Origin: an uncultured Acidobacteriota bacterium
GTDB lineage: Bacteria > Acidobacteriota > JAQAZP01
Reading direction: 5' to 3'
Length of the DNA stretch: 64,000 nucleotides
NCBI GenBank assembly: GCA_963836075.1
Contig: CAWIIB010000009.1
Location: 2,048,001 to 2,112,000, forward strand
Positions within the stretch are counted from its first letter, which is position 1, and each line of letters opens with the position of its first letter. The notes beneath the pieces were generated by a model, which searched no databases, was not told where the DNA came from, and saw only the letters and a program-made list of their open reading frames with translations. The translations under genes were made by a program, and so were the position numbers. Below, piece after piece: positions 10,086 through 20,492 of the stretch.

Positions 10086-10441
10086 ATGTGGCTGATGGAG
10101 AATTTCCACCGACTGTTCGGCGTCGCGATGGCTTTGACCGTCGCGGCGCTTTTTTCTTTCCCCGCACTTGCCGCCGACATCCGGGTCCCCGACGACCACC
10201 CCACCATCCAGGCCGCCATCGACGCCGCCTCAGCCGGCAACCGCCTCCACGGTTCGTCCCCGTCGATTCGCGATTGCGTGTTCAGTGACAACCACAGCGG
10301 CGGCGCCGGCGGCGGGATCGCCTGTCTCGCCGCCGCGCACCCGATGGGGGAGTGGGCGATCTCGGCTATCACCACGGGGCGGACTGGGCCTCGGTGTGCG
10401 ACCTGGCCCTGCTGGCCTCGGTCTTCGGGGAGATGGGCTGA
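10086..10441 (+). pseudogene. Collapsed remnant of a secreted parallel beta-helix protein
   Basis: Signal peptide, DIRVPDDHPTIQAAIDAA, one beta-helix-like turn (SSPSIRDCVFSDN..GGGIAC), then in another frame PDGGVGDLGYHH..DLALLASVFG-stop. Confidence 0.5.
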
Positions 10442-10448
10442 AACCGGC

Positions 10449-11499
10449 TCAGGGCCTCATCGTATCCAGCAGGCCCCGTATCCGGTCCTTCTGGCTCTGG
10501 TCCTCCACCATCTCCAGGGCCTTGCCGTAATACTTCCTCGCCTGGTCGATCTTCCCCGCCGCGCGGCAGGCCTCGGCCAGGCTGTCGTAGGTGTTCCACG
10601 AATCGGGGTATTGCTCCACGTTCTTTTTGAACACCTCGATGGCCTGCGCGGTCTTGCCCTGCTGGAGGAGGGTGTAGCCGATCAGGTTGGATTCCTGTTC
10701 GTTGGCGATCTCCAGGGCCCGGTCCTGGATTTCCGCTGACTGGTCCGGGTGCCCGGCCTGTTCCAGCAGCCCGGCCTTGATCATCAGGTTGTTGGCGTTT
10801 TCCTCGATGCCGATTGAACGGTCGATCCACTGCAGGGCTTCTTCGTTGCTGATGTTGTTCTGCAGGCAATAGTTGGCGGCGTCGCGCCAGCCCCACCAGA
10901 AGAAGGCGGGCAGCGATTTGAGGTCATTGCGCAGCTTGTCCAGCACCAGTGCGTGGGTATCCGTCTCGATCCGCACCGGCACCCGCTTGCCGGCCCAGCG
11001 CAGTTCCAGCAGCGCCGAGGTCCCATCGAGGTCGGCAAAGCCGAATTCCAGCCACTCGACGAATTCACCGTCAAAGGCGGGTGCGGTAACCCGCAGGGCG
11101 TCGGCCGATTCGTCGTAGAAAAAGCTGCCCCAGGAGCGGTAGTCGTTGCTGAAAATAACGGTCCAGTCGGTTTCGGTGGGGATCATGTGCAGACCGTAGG
11201 TGCCGGCGGCAAGTTCCTGTCCCTCCACCTTCACCGGGTGGCTGAAGCTGACGGTGGTGTTTTCATTGGCTCCGGCCCGCCAGACCTGGTTGTAGGGCAC
11301 CAGGCCGCCGTAGATTGTCCGCCCCTTGACCCCCGGCCGGTGATAGCTCACCGTGACCGTGGTGATGCCGATGGTCTGGGTTATGGTTGCCGCCTGGCTC
11401 ACCTTGGGCAGACCGGTGATCTGGGCCGCCGCCGGCGCCGCCAGCAGCATTCCCGTCAGTACCCGTCAGACAGATCAGTATGCTTCCCTTAATCTTCAC
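10449..11499 (-). CDS. DUF2911-like secreted protein with C-terminal TPR (apparent frameshift in the signal peptide near 11463)
   Basis: YHRPGVKGR..LVPYNQVWRAGANENT..AGTYGL..WGSFFY; TPR YPDSWNTYDSLAEA; removing one G joins MKIKGSILICLT to VLTGMLLAAP. Confidence 0.8.
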
Positions 11500-11698
11500 C
11501 CTCTATTCCTCCCCCGCAGCAGTGCTGGTATGTTCGGGCTCCAGTTGATCCGCTTTTCCGTAAGTCGCTGTCGGATCAAGTATATCACGTGACCATGGAT
11601 CCTGAATCCGGGATGGTGAGATCGGAGGGACTGTATACAAGGGGGACTTGTTTCTCTATCATTGGGACACTTCTTTACCGCCATACGAGAGGAAGGGG

Positions 11699-13240
11699 AT
11701 GGCCCAGACCAAGGGGAAAAAACAGACCTGGTTCGAGAGCACCTGGGTCTCCACCACCTACTTTGCCGAAGGGCTGCCCTACATGATCATCAGGGCGCTC
11801 TCCGCCTACTATTTCACCCGCATCGGCCTGCGCGAGGCGGTGATCGGCATGGCCAATCTCTATGGCCTGGGCTGGAACCTCAAGTTTCTCTGGGCCCCTT
11901 TTATCGACATCTTTGGCAGCCGGCGGGGCTGGCTGCTCAAACTGCAGGCGATGCTGGTCATCGGCTTCCTGCTGGTCTCCCTGCTCAGCCTCTTCGGCCC
12001 GCCGATACAGCAGACCGGGGAGGACGGCGAGATGGTCCTGGTGGAGAGCCCGATGAAGGCCTCGATCAAGAGCCGAGTGCTCTCCCTGGTGGGGCAGGAG
12101 GAACTGGACCCGGTCACCGTCACCTGGGCCATCGCCATCCTCTTCTTCGTCCTCGCCCTGGTGGCCGCGACCCACGACATCGCCATCGACGGCTACTACC
12201 TCGAGGCCCTGCCGGACAAGGAGCGCCAGGCCGGCTACTCCGGCTTCCGCACCAGCGCCTGGCGGGTGGCCATCCCCTTTGCCCGCAGCTTCCTGGTCTG
12301 GATCGCCGCTGTCTCCTTCTGGTCGATGAGTTTCCTCGTCGGCGCCCTGACCCTGCTCGGCTGCTACCTCTTCCACTACTATTTCCTGCCCCGGCCGGAG
12401 TCGGACACCGGCAAGAATATCCAGGGCGCCGGCGACTTCTTCCGCACCCTGACCCGGGCCTTCGTGGTCTACACCCGGCAGCGGCGGGTCTGGATCATCA
12501 TCCCCTTCATCATCCTCTACAAGCTGCCCGACGAGATCATGTTCTCCATGAACACCACCTTCCTGATCCGCGAGCTGCGGATGAGCGACGCGCAGTACGC
12601 CTACCTCTTCACCTGGTTCGGCTTCGCCGCCAATGTGGCCGGCGCCATCTGGGCCGGCAAGCTGATCAGGAAGCACGACCTCTTCCGGGTGATCTGGCCG
12701 CTGACCCTGGTGATGTATCTGAGCAACGTGCTCTACGTCTTCCTCGCCTGGTTCCGGCCCACCGCCGACGCCGGGGCCGGCCAGCTGGCGGTGATCACCG
12801 CGGTGGCCACCTACGAGCAGCTGGCCGCCGCCTTCGGCTTCCCCATCCTGATGGTCTTCATCATGCGCACCTGCTTCCCCGAGTTCAAAGCAAGCCACTT
12901 CGCCATCGGCACGGCCATCATGTCGTTGGGCGGCACCATTTTCGGCGCATCGGGCGGGGCCATCGTCGAAGTGGGCGCGGCGATCCAGCAGGGTACGGCC
13001 AACCCCATCTCGGGGTTGAAGGGCGAGCTGCTCCACGGCATCTGCCAGCCGCTGATCTCCGCCTTCACCCGGCTGATGGACCTGGTGGGATTTGACGTGG
13101 TGGCCTACACCGACGACTCCAAGGCGCTGGGTTACGTGGCCCTCTACCTGGTCTCGGTGCTGCTGATCATTCCCGGGCTGGCCCTGATCCCCTTCATCCC
13201 CTACAAGCGGAAGGAAGAGGAGATCCGGGAGCGCCCGTGA
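11699..13240 (+). CDS. MFS transporter, AmpG-like muropeptide permease
   Basis: YFAEGLPY, LKFLWAPFID and ATHDIAIDGYY motifs; many TM helices. Confidence 0.8.
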   Translation: MAQTKGKKQTWFESTWVSTTYFAEGLPYMIIRALSAYYFTRIGLREAVIGMANLYGLGWNLKFLWAPFIDIFGSRRGWLLKLQAMLVIGFLLVSLLSLFGPPIQQTGEDGEMVLVESPMKASIKSRVLSLVGQEELDPVTVTWAIAILFFVLALVAATHDIAIDGYYLEALPDKERQAGYSGFRTSAWRVAIPFARSFLVWIAAVSFWSMSFLVGALTLLGCYLFHYYFLPRPESDTGKNIQGAGDFFRTLTRAFVVYTRQRRVWIIIPFIILYKLPDEIMFSMNTTFLIRELRMSDAQYAYLFTWFGFAANVAGAIWAGKLIRKHDLFRVIWPLTLVMYLSNVLYVFLAWFRPTADAGAGQLAVITAVATYEQLAAAFGFPILMVFIMRTCFPEFKASHFAIGTAIMSLGGTIFGASGGAIVEVGAAIQQGTANPISGLKGELLHGICQPLISAFTRLMDLVGFDVVAYTDDSKALGYVALYLVSVLLIIPGLALIPFIPYKRKEEEIRERP

Positions 13241-14420
13241 ACAATCCCTTCCAGAGAGTCACAGGTGATTTCCGCCGCGTTCTGCTGGCCACCCTCTTTT
13301 TCGGGCTGGCCTCGGGTGTGATCGCCGCGACCCTCAACAACTACCTCTCCGATGTCCACGGGTTTGATGCGGCGCACCGGGGCTGGCTCGAGTTTCCCCG
13401 GGAATTGCCCGGTTTTCTGATCTTTGCGGTCATCGGCCTCCTGCTGACCCGTTTGCGTGAAAGCCGGATTGCGGCGCTGGCCATGTTCTTCACCGGCCTG
13501 GGCGCCCTGGGCCTGGGCTACCTCTCGCCGGGCATGGGCTGGCTGGTGCTCTGGATCGTCATCTGGTCCCTGGGGGACCACATCATCTTTGCCGTGGAGG
13601 GGCCGCTGGGCCTCAAGCTGGCCCGGGTGGGGAGGGAGGGTCGGCGCCTGGGGCAGCTGGGCGGCGCGCGCAATCTGGGCACGATCCTCGGGGTGGTCTG
13701 CGTCTGGCTGCTGGCCCGGTTTGTCGGAGATCGCTACGACCTGTTCTACCTCATCTCCGGGGCCTGTGCCATGGCCGCCGGCGTCTTCTACTTCCGGTTG
13801 CGGCTGGGCCAGGGGGAGCCGTCCTCCCGCCGCCTGATCTACCGCCGGGAATACCACCTCTTCTATGCCATCAGCGCCCTGTTCGGCATTCGCAAGCAGA
13901 TCTTCCTGGTCTTCGGCACCTGGCTGCTGGTCTCGGTTTACGAGGTGCCGGTGTCCACCATCGCCCTGCTCTACTTCATCGCCTCGGCCCTCGGCGTCCT
14001 GTTGCGGCCCCTGCTGGGTGATGTGATCGACTGGCTGGGGGAGAGGAAGGTGCTGGCCGCCGACGAAATCATGCTGCTGGCGGTCTGCCTGGTCTACGCC
14101 TTTGCCGGCGACCTGCTGCCGGGCCCCTGGCCCCTGCGCTGCTCTACGCCGCCTACGTCCTGGACCACATCCTCTTCGCCCTGCGCGTGGCCCGCACCAC
14201 CTACCTGAAGAAGATTGCCGTCGATCCGGGCGACATCACCCCCACCATATCCCTCGGCATCACCATCGACCACCTGGTGGCGATGAGCCTGCCGGTCCTC
14301 TCCGGGATCATCTGGGAGCGCTACGGGTACCAGTGGGTCTTTCTGATGGCCGGGGCCATTGCGCTGGCCGGGTTCTTCATCTGTTTGCGGGTGCGGGTGC
14401 CCGAGCCGTCAGGGCAGTAG
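13237..14420 (+). CDS. MFS transporter (apparent frameshift near 14135)
   Basis: Two hydrophobic ORFs (13237-14208, 14187-14420) join into one MFS-sized protein; GTGA overlap with the upstream gene. Confidence 0.75.
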
Positions 14421-15284
14421 CAGGTCCCGTGCGTTTTTCCTGAAGACCCGGCGGGCCTCCTGCTCACCAAACCCCGCCCCGTCCAGCAGCCGGAGAATCT
14501 TGGGGATCTCTTCGGCGTGGCCGAACCAGGGCCAGTCGGTGCCGAAAAGGATGTGGGCGGCCCCGTGGTTACGGAGCAGGGTGATGAACTGCTCCGGCGT
14601 GAGGGTGTGGGCGGCATTGGAGGTGTCGAGGTAGAGGTTTTCCGCCGCCGGCAGGTCGCGGGCCAGCTCGTGGAAGTCGGCGGCCAGGCCGCCCATGTGG
14701 GCGCCGATGAAGTTGATCCCGGGGAAGCGGGCGGCCAGCCGGGCCAGGGTGGCCGGCCGGGTGAGAAAACGCTGGTCGGTGCCGAAGACCTTGTCGGCCA
14801 GGACAAAGGTGTCCAGCACCACCGCCGGTGTCATGCCCGCGGCCCGCCAGACGCTCTCTACCAGCTCCAGCATCCCGAAGGCTTCGCTGCCGCTGAAGTC
14901 GATGGCCTGGGAGAAGGAGCTGAATTTCAATCCCCGGGTGCCGGCTGCAACCAGCTGCTGGAGTTCCCTTTCGAGGTCCTCAAGGCCGGGGTGGGCGGTG
15001 CCCAGGGCGAACAGCGTGGAATCGTCGCCGTGCAGTTCCCGGGCCCGCCGGTTGGCTTCCGGGATCCGCTCCCGCCGGGCGGTGAAGAGCACCAGGCAGG
15101 CCTCCACTCCGGCGGACGCGGCCGAGGCGAGGAGCGACTGCGGGGTCAGCCGCCGGCGCACCTGGCCGAAGTCGAGGTGCAGGGCGTCCAGCGGATCGCG
15201 CAAACGCTCGACGCTGTCGATGACCCCGGGGGAGAAGAGGTGGCTGTGGGCGTCGATGATGCCGAAGTCCAGGTGTCGGTCCAT
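14409..15284 (-). CDS. Amidohydrolase_2 family metallo-hydrolase
   Basis: IIDAHSH, GAHMGG, YLDTS and ILFGTDWPW motifs. Confidence 0.85.
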   Translation of the reverse strand: MDRHLDFGIIDAHSHLFSPGVIDSVERLRDPLDALHLDFGQVRRRLTPQSLLASAASAGVEACLVLFTARRERIPEANRRARELHGDDSTLFALGTAHPGLEDLERELQQLVAAGTRGLKFSSFSQAIDFSGSEAFGMLELVESVWRAAGMTPAVVLDTFVLADKVFGTDQRFLTRPATLARLAARFPGINFIGAHMGGLAADFHELARDLPAAENLYLDTSNAAHTLTPEQFITLLRNHGAAHILFGTDWPWFGHAEEIPKILRLLDGAGFGEQEARRVFRKNARDLLLP

Positions 15285-15310
15285 CGGTCTCACGAAAAAT
15301 TAAGAACTGT

Positions 15311-15348
15311 ATCGGCGGGCCGCGGTCCGTCGGTCGCGGCCCGCCGAT
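15311..15348. terminator. Strong hairpin just downstream of the 15354-17958 gene
   Basis: 14-bp perfect stem ATCGGCGGGCCGCG / CGCGGCCCGCCGAT. Confidence 0.55.
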
Positions 15349-15353
15349 TGGTG

Positions 15354-17958
15354 TCAATCCACCTGCATGTCGGCCACCGCCACGTTGGCGCCGTAGCGCA
15401 CGCTGGACGAATCAAAGGCGAAGTAGTTGATCGAACCGATGGCCTCCGCGGCGCCGCCGTCGACGTTCCAGCCGCGGACGTGGGCCGGGAAGACCTGGCC
15501 CGGCCCGGGTCCGGTGACGATCTCGTCGATACCATCGTTGTCCACGTCGCCGCAGGTGACCTTGACCCCGTACTTCAGGGTGCCGTAGGCGAAGTAGCTC
15601 ACCCCGGGTATGGAGGAGAGGGTGGACCCGTCATAGTTCCAGCCGCGCACCTGCGGGCCGTAGATGGTGCCGGGGCCGGGGCCGGTGACGATCTCGTCGA
15701 TGCCGTCACCATCGATGTCGCCGCAGGCCACGTTGGCGCCCCACTTGGGAGAGCCGTAGGCAAAGTAGCTCACACCGGGAATCGAGGTGGCCGTACCGCC
15801 GTCCACGTTCCAGCCGCGGATGTGGGGTCCGAAGACCGCGCCGGGGCCGGCGCCGGTGATGATCTCGTCGTAGCCGTCACCGTCGATGTCGCCGCAGGCC
15901 ACGTTGACGCCGTACTTCAGGGTGCCGTAGGCAAAGAAGTTGATCCCCGGGATAGCGGCGGTGGCGTATTCGTTGTCGAAGTCCCAGCCGCGGACGTGGG
16001 GACCGAACACGTCGCCGGGACCGGGGCCGGTGATGATTTCGTCATACCCGTCACCGTCCACGTCACCGCAGGCCACGTTGACCCCGAACTTCTCCACGCC
16101 GTAGGCCATCTGATCGGAGCCATAGACACCGTAGCCGTTGAGGCGGTAGGCGTAGAACTGGGGCGGGGCGGTGGGGGCCGCGCCGTAGCCGCAGACGATC
16201 TCCTCCACCCCGTCACCGTCGATGTCGCCGGTGGCCAGGGTCAACCCGTGGGTGTATTCGGGATCGTGCTCCGCCTCACAGAACATCAGCGAGGGGTCGG
16301 AGGAGAGGAAGGTGCGGAACAGCGCCCCGTTGCTCGGGGATGGCCCGGGCGCGGCCACCAGCAGCGACATGTTGGGGTCGTCCTCGGCCCAGGCCATGTA
16401 GTAGTACTGGGCCTCGGGCATGTCGTATCCGGGATTGGTGCCGCCGGCGCCGAGGTTGAGCACCACCATCACCAGCCGCGCGCACTGGTTGGCTTCGGTG
16501 ACCTCCACCAGCAGGTTGCCGGTGTCGGTGGGCACATCGTGGATCTCTCGATGTCGCAGGCACCGCCCAGTTCGTAGTACTTGATGATCAGCAGCCGCCA
16601 GTTCAACGGCGTGCTGATCCAGTCCCTCTCGCCCTCGAAGAAGATCTTCAGCGTCTGCTGGTCGGTGATCGCCTCGTCGAAACGGACGTAGTTCATGCCG
16701 TAGAACTCGGGCATCCGGGGCAGCTCCACCGGGCAGAGCGCCGGCAGGGTGGTGTGCCGCTGGCTGGCGTCGATGGTCACCCGGTTGAAATGGTCCCCGT
16801 GGGTGTAGTGGGTGTCGTCGAACTCGTTGTTGCAGAAGTAGCGCCACTCGGCGAACTCGGTGAGCAGGTCGTAGAGGTGCCAGCCGTCGCCCCGCGGCCC
16901 GCCCGGCTCATACTGCTCGGCGATCTCGGATGATGGCGTCGAAGTAGTTGGTCTGGTTGGAGCCCGGGTTGTCCAGGGCGGCGATCCAGATGTCGCGGAT
17001 GATCTCGGGCTCCCAGCTGTTGAGCCGGTCGGCCAGATACTCGGGCCAGATAAACCCGCCGTACTGGAAGAGGCCGCGAGCTGTCGAACCAGCAGATCGC
17101 CTGCTGCGGCTCGCGCTGGCAGTACCAGGCGTATGCCCAGGCGTCGTTGGCGTACTCGAAGTAGACGTGGGGCTCGACCCAGGTGGCGCAGTTCTCGTAG
17201 AAGGTGGCGCTGGTCTCGTAGGCCATGGCCATCTGGCAGGCGTGGTTGAACTCGTGGCTGCCGGTGGTGCTGATCTGTGCGTCGGAGCTCAGGCCGCGGC
17301 TGTGCACGATGTGCGAAGTTCGGTCGTCCCACCAGGTGTCGGTGACCTGCTGCCCGGGGCTGGTGTAGCCGAGGACTCCGGTGCCGGTGGAACTGAGGTA
17401 GACGTCGTAGTCGTCGCTGCCGTCCACGCCGTAGTCGCCGGGCGGCTCGTAGAAGCCGATCTCGCCGCACTCCCGGGCCCAGGAGAACTCGTAGACCTCC
17501 AGGGTTTTCTGCGCCCGCTCCAGCTGGTCCGCGGTCTCGTAGTGCACCCGGAGCGGAATGACGCTCGATTCCAGGGTGAAGCTGTAATCGGGCCGGCCGC
17601 CAAGAATGGTGAGCCGGTCGGGCAGGCCGATACCGGCCAGGATGGCCAGGTCCTCTTTCTCCAGCTTGTCAAAGTTGCGGTCGATCTCCAGCAGCAGCGG
17701 TGTCCCGCAGCGCACGGTGACGTCGAGGGCGGACTGGTATTTTTCGGGGAGCAGGTCGCACTTTTTGAACCAGGTGATCTTCAGCCGCAACGACTCGCTG
17801 TAGTCGATCAGGCCTTCCTGGAGATCTTTCTCGATCAACTGGGGCACGTTCAGCCGGGGCGCCGGGCCGGATTCGCCGGCCTGGGCCTGGATCCCCACCG
17901 GGACCAGGAGCATGGCTGCCAGCAGAACGGGCAGCAGTGTAGCTGTTCTTCTCATCAT
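15354..17958 (-). CDS. Secreted zinc metalloprotease-like protein (HEFNH) with C-terminal FG-GAP-like repeat module; about three apparent frameshifts (~17075, ~16925, ~16540)
   Basis: Signal peptide MMRRTATLLPVLL; RCGTP; GSHEFNHACQ..YENCATWVE; three overlapping ORFs concatenate; GDIDGDG repeats. Confidence 0.7.
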
Positions 17959-18166
17959 TCCCCCCTCTTTGCGGTTTTCGACCGTGACGGAATCCGGCCT
18001 CCCGGAGTCCACCTGCAAACTCAATATTTATAATGGAATGGACAGTGTCAGGCAGGAGCGCCAGCGTTCCGGTAGATCCGGTTTACTCACCCACCGGGAC
18101 GCCGGGATCGGCTCGCCCCGGATGTCACAGGTGGTCACTCTAACGCAAATTTCAGGGAATTCATAG

Positions 18167-18197
18167 AAAAAGCGGGCCGGCGTTGCCGCCGGCCCGC
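18167..18197 (-). terminator. Intrinsic terminator
   Basis: 11-bp stem GCGGGCCGGCG / CGCCGGCCCGC with a T-run on the minus strand. Confidence 0.7.
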
Positions 18198-18297
18198 GTC
18201 ATGTGCGATCGCATAGCCGGTAAATGGCGCATTCCCGCCGCCCGCCGCCGTCTCCTCCATACATGGTGGACGGCGAAGGGGATGCGCCCCCGAGAGG

Positions 18298-19593
18298 TCA
18301 GGGCGTGTTGGCCACCACGACGCAGGTGCTGGTGGCCGTGTCACCCGAGGGCGGGTAGGGACACTGGTTGTAGGGCGCCGGGGTCACGTCCTCGGCAAAG
18401 AGCTGGAAGATGTTGTTGCCGATGACGCTGGCCACGGCGGGGAAGTTCTGGTTCCAGCTGGTGTTGAACGTGGCGCCGGCAGTGAGGTTGGTGTAACCGG
18501 CGCGCCAGCTGGGGTAGAAGGCCCCGTTGGCCAGGGTGACGTCGATGCGCGCGGCCACCCGGCGGGTCTGCATCGGGTAGAAATTGGTCAGGCTCACTGC
18601 CATGTTGGAGACAAAGGGTACCGTGCCCACGCTGGGGCTGCAGATGTAGGACGCCCCGATGGTGGGGGGATGAATCGGTGGTCCGGTGGGCGGTACTTCG
18701 GCGTCCATGGCGTCCAGCTCTTCATGGTCCAGCAGGCCCAGCTGCGGTGCCGGCCAGGTCATGAAGTTGGTGCCGGAGAGCGGCGACCAGTAGATGTCGG
18801 CGCCGTTGAGCGGGAACTTCATGTTCACCGCCGACCCGGGCAGGCCCGTGGCTCCCTGGGTGACGGAAAAATAGACATCGGTGATCTGGCCCGGGCTGCC
18901 CACCACGGTGAGGGCGTCCAGGTTGTCCTGGCCGCTGAGGCCGATCTGCCAGGCCGGGACCACCACCACCGGGACCATGCCGATGCGTGGGATCACGCCG
19001 AGGATGTCGTCCGGCGTGGCCCCGATGAGGGCCAGGGTGGGCGAACCGGGGGTGAGCGAGAAGTAGACCCACTCCACCATCGGCTCCGGTTCCCGGTCGT
19101 CCAGGGCGTCCAGGTCGTCCTGGCAGGCGAGACCCAGGTTCCAGTCCCAGAGACAGAGGAAATTCCAGCCGATATTGGCGTCGCACCAGAAGATGTCGGC
19201 GGTGTTGAACTGCCACTCGCGGTTCACCGCGGTCATCGGCATGCCCATGGTGCCGGTGTCCACCGAGAAACGCCAGAAGGGGTAATTGGGATGGACGTCC
19301 GCACCGTGCATCAGGCTGTAGGCATCGATGTTGTCGGTGGGCATCAGGCCGAGGTCGATGATGTTGTCGAAGAAGAGGAAGTTGTTCCCCGGCTGCCAGC
19401 CCGACAAACACATCGGGATGTCGGACATGAAGATGTCGCCCTCGTCCGGGGCGGCGTTCACCGCGGTGCCCGGCAGTCCAGTCCCCGGCAGGTCATGGGA
19501 GAAGAAGGGGATATTCATCTGGGCGGCGGCCGGCAGGCCCACTCCAAGGCCGACGATCAGGACCAGGGTTTGCAGCATCGTTCTGATTCGCAT
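18298..19593 (-). CDS. Secreted repeat protein with a distinct ~120-aa C-terminal domain
   Basis: AGGAGG RBS, signal peptide, four repeats ending LGL-xx-D(N/D/E)(I/L)DA, Pro linker, C-terminal beta-rich domain. Confidence 0.8.
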   Translation of the reverse strand: MRIRTMLQTLVLIVGLGVGLPAAAQMNIPFFSHDLPGTGLPGTAVNAAPDEGDIFMSDIPMCLSGWQPGNNFLFFDNIIDLGLMPTDNIDAYSLMHGADVHPNYPFWRFSVDTGTMGMPMTAVNREWQFNTADIFWCDANIGWNFLCLWDWNLGLACQDDLDALDDREPEPMVEWVYFSLTPGSPTLALIGATPDDILGVIPRIGMVPVVVVPAWQIGLSGQDNLDALTVVGSPGQITDVYFSVTQGATGLPGSAVNMKFPLNGADIYWSPLSGTNFMTWPAPQLGLLDHEELDAMDAEVPPTGPPIHPPTIGASYICSPSVGTVPFVSNMAVSLTNFYPMQTRRVAARIDVTLANGAFYPSWRAGYTNLTAGATFNTSWNQNFPAVASVIGNNIFQLFAEDVTPAPYNQCPYPPSGDTATSTCVVVANTP

Positions 19594-19712
19594 CTCATTC
19601 CTCCTTGGCGAAACGGATAATTCATCACCTCAACCATCCCTTGCACCTGAGTAGTGGCCCGCATCCGCCAGAATCTCACAAAAAGAGTGATATTATTTTT
19701 CAGGAGGGTCCG

Positions 19713-20492
19713 ATGGTCTGCAGCCACCCCCACCAGGCCGAGTTTCGCTTTTACGCCGAGTTGAATGATTTCCTCGGCCGGCGTCCGGGCACCGGACAGG
19801 TGGCCTACCGCTTTTCCGGTCACCCTTCGGTGAAGGACGCGGTGGAGGCTCTGGGAGTCCCGCACACCGAGGTGGACCTGTTGCTGGTCAACGGGGTCTC
19901 GGTGGGATTCAGCCATCCGCTGGCCCACGGGGACCGTGTGGCCGTCTACCCGGTGTTCGAGGGTTTGGACATCTCGCCGCTGAACCGCCTGCGGCCCCGG
20001 CCGCTGCGGCGGACCCGCTTCATCCTCGATGTCCACCTGGGCAAACTGGCCCGGATCCTGCGGATGCTGGGATTCGACACGCACTACGAGAACGACGCGG
20101 GCGACCAGCGTATCCGCCGGCTGGCCGCGGCGGAGGAGCGGATCATCCTCACTCGTGACCGCGGCCTGCTCAAGCACCGTTCGGTGACCCACGGTTACTG
20201 TGTCCGGTCACCGGACCCGCGGGAGCAGGCGGCGGAAGTGCTGCGCCGCTTCGATCTCGGCTCCAGTATCCGGCCGTTCAGCCGTTGTCCCTCCTGCAAC
20301 GGGGAGGTGGCTCCGGTGGAAAAAGAAGCGGTGGCCCACCTGCTCCCCGAACGCGCCAGACGGTTCTTTCACAGCTTCACCCGCTGCGCATCCTGCAATA
20401 AGATCTACTGGGAAGGGTCCCATCACCGGGCGCTGGCCCGGATGGTGGCCGGGCTGACCACCGGTGCTTCGGGCCCGGCGGCGAAACCGTAG
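19713..20492 (+). CDS. Mut7-C ubiquitin-like / PIN RNase domain protein
   Basis: FRFYAELNDFL, GVPHTEVDL, DVHLGKLARILRMLGFDT, RCPSCNG, CNKIYWEGSH. Confidence 0.9.
   Translation: MVCSHPHQAEFRFYAELNDFLGRRPGTGQVAYRFSGHPSVKDAVEALGVPHTEVDLLLVNGVSVGFSHPLAHGDRVAVYPVFEGLDISPLNRLRPRPLRRTRFILDVHLGKLARILRMLGFDTHYENDAGDQRIRRLAAAEERIILTRDRGLLKHRSVTHGYCVRSPDPREQAAEVLRRFDLGSSIRPFSRCPSCNGEVAPVEKEAVAHLLPERARRFFHSFTRCASCNKIYWEGSHHRALARMVAGLTTGASGPAAKP

Noticed and set aside
19713-20492. Mut7-C RNase as a toxin-antitoxin or defence module
   Set aside because: Widespread standalone architecture with no adjacent antitoxin or ubiquitin-system genes
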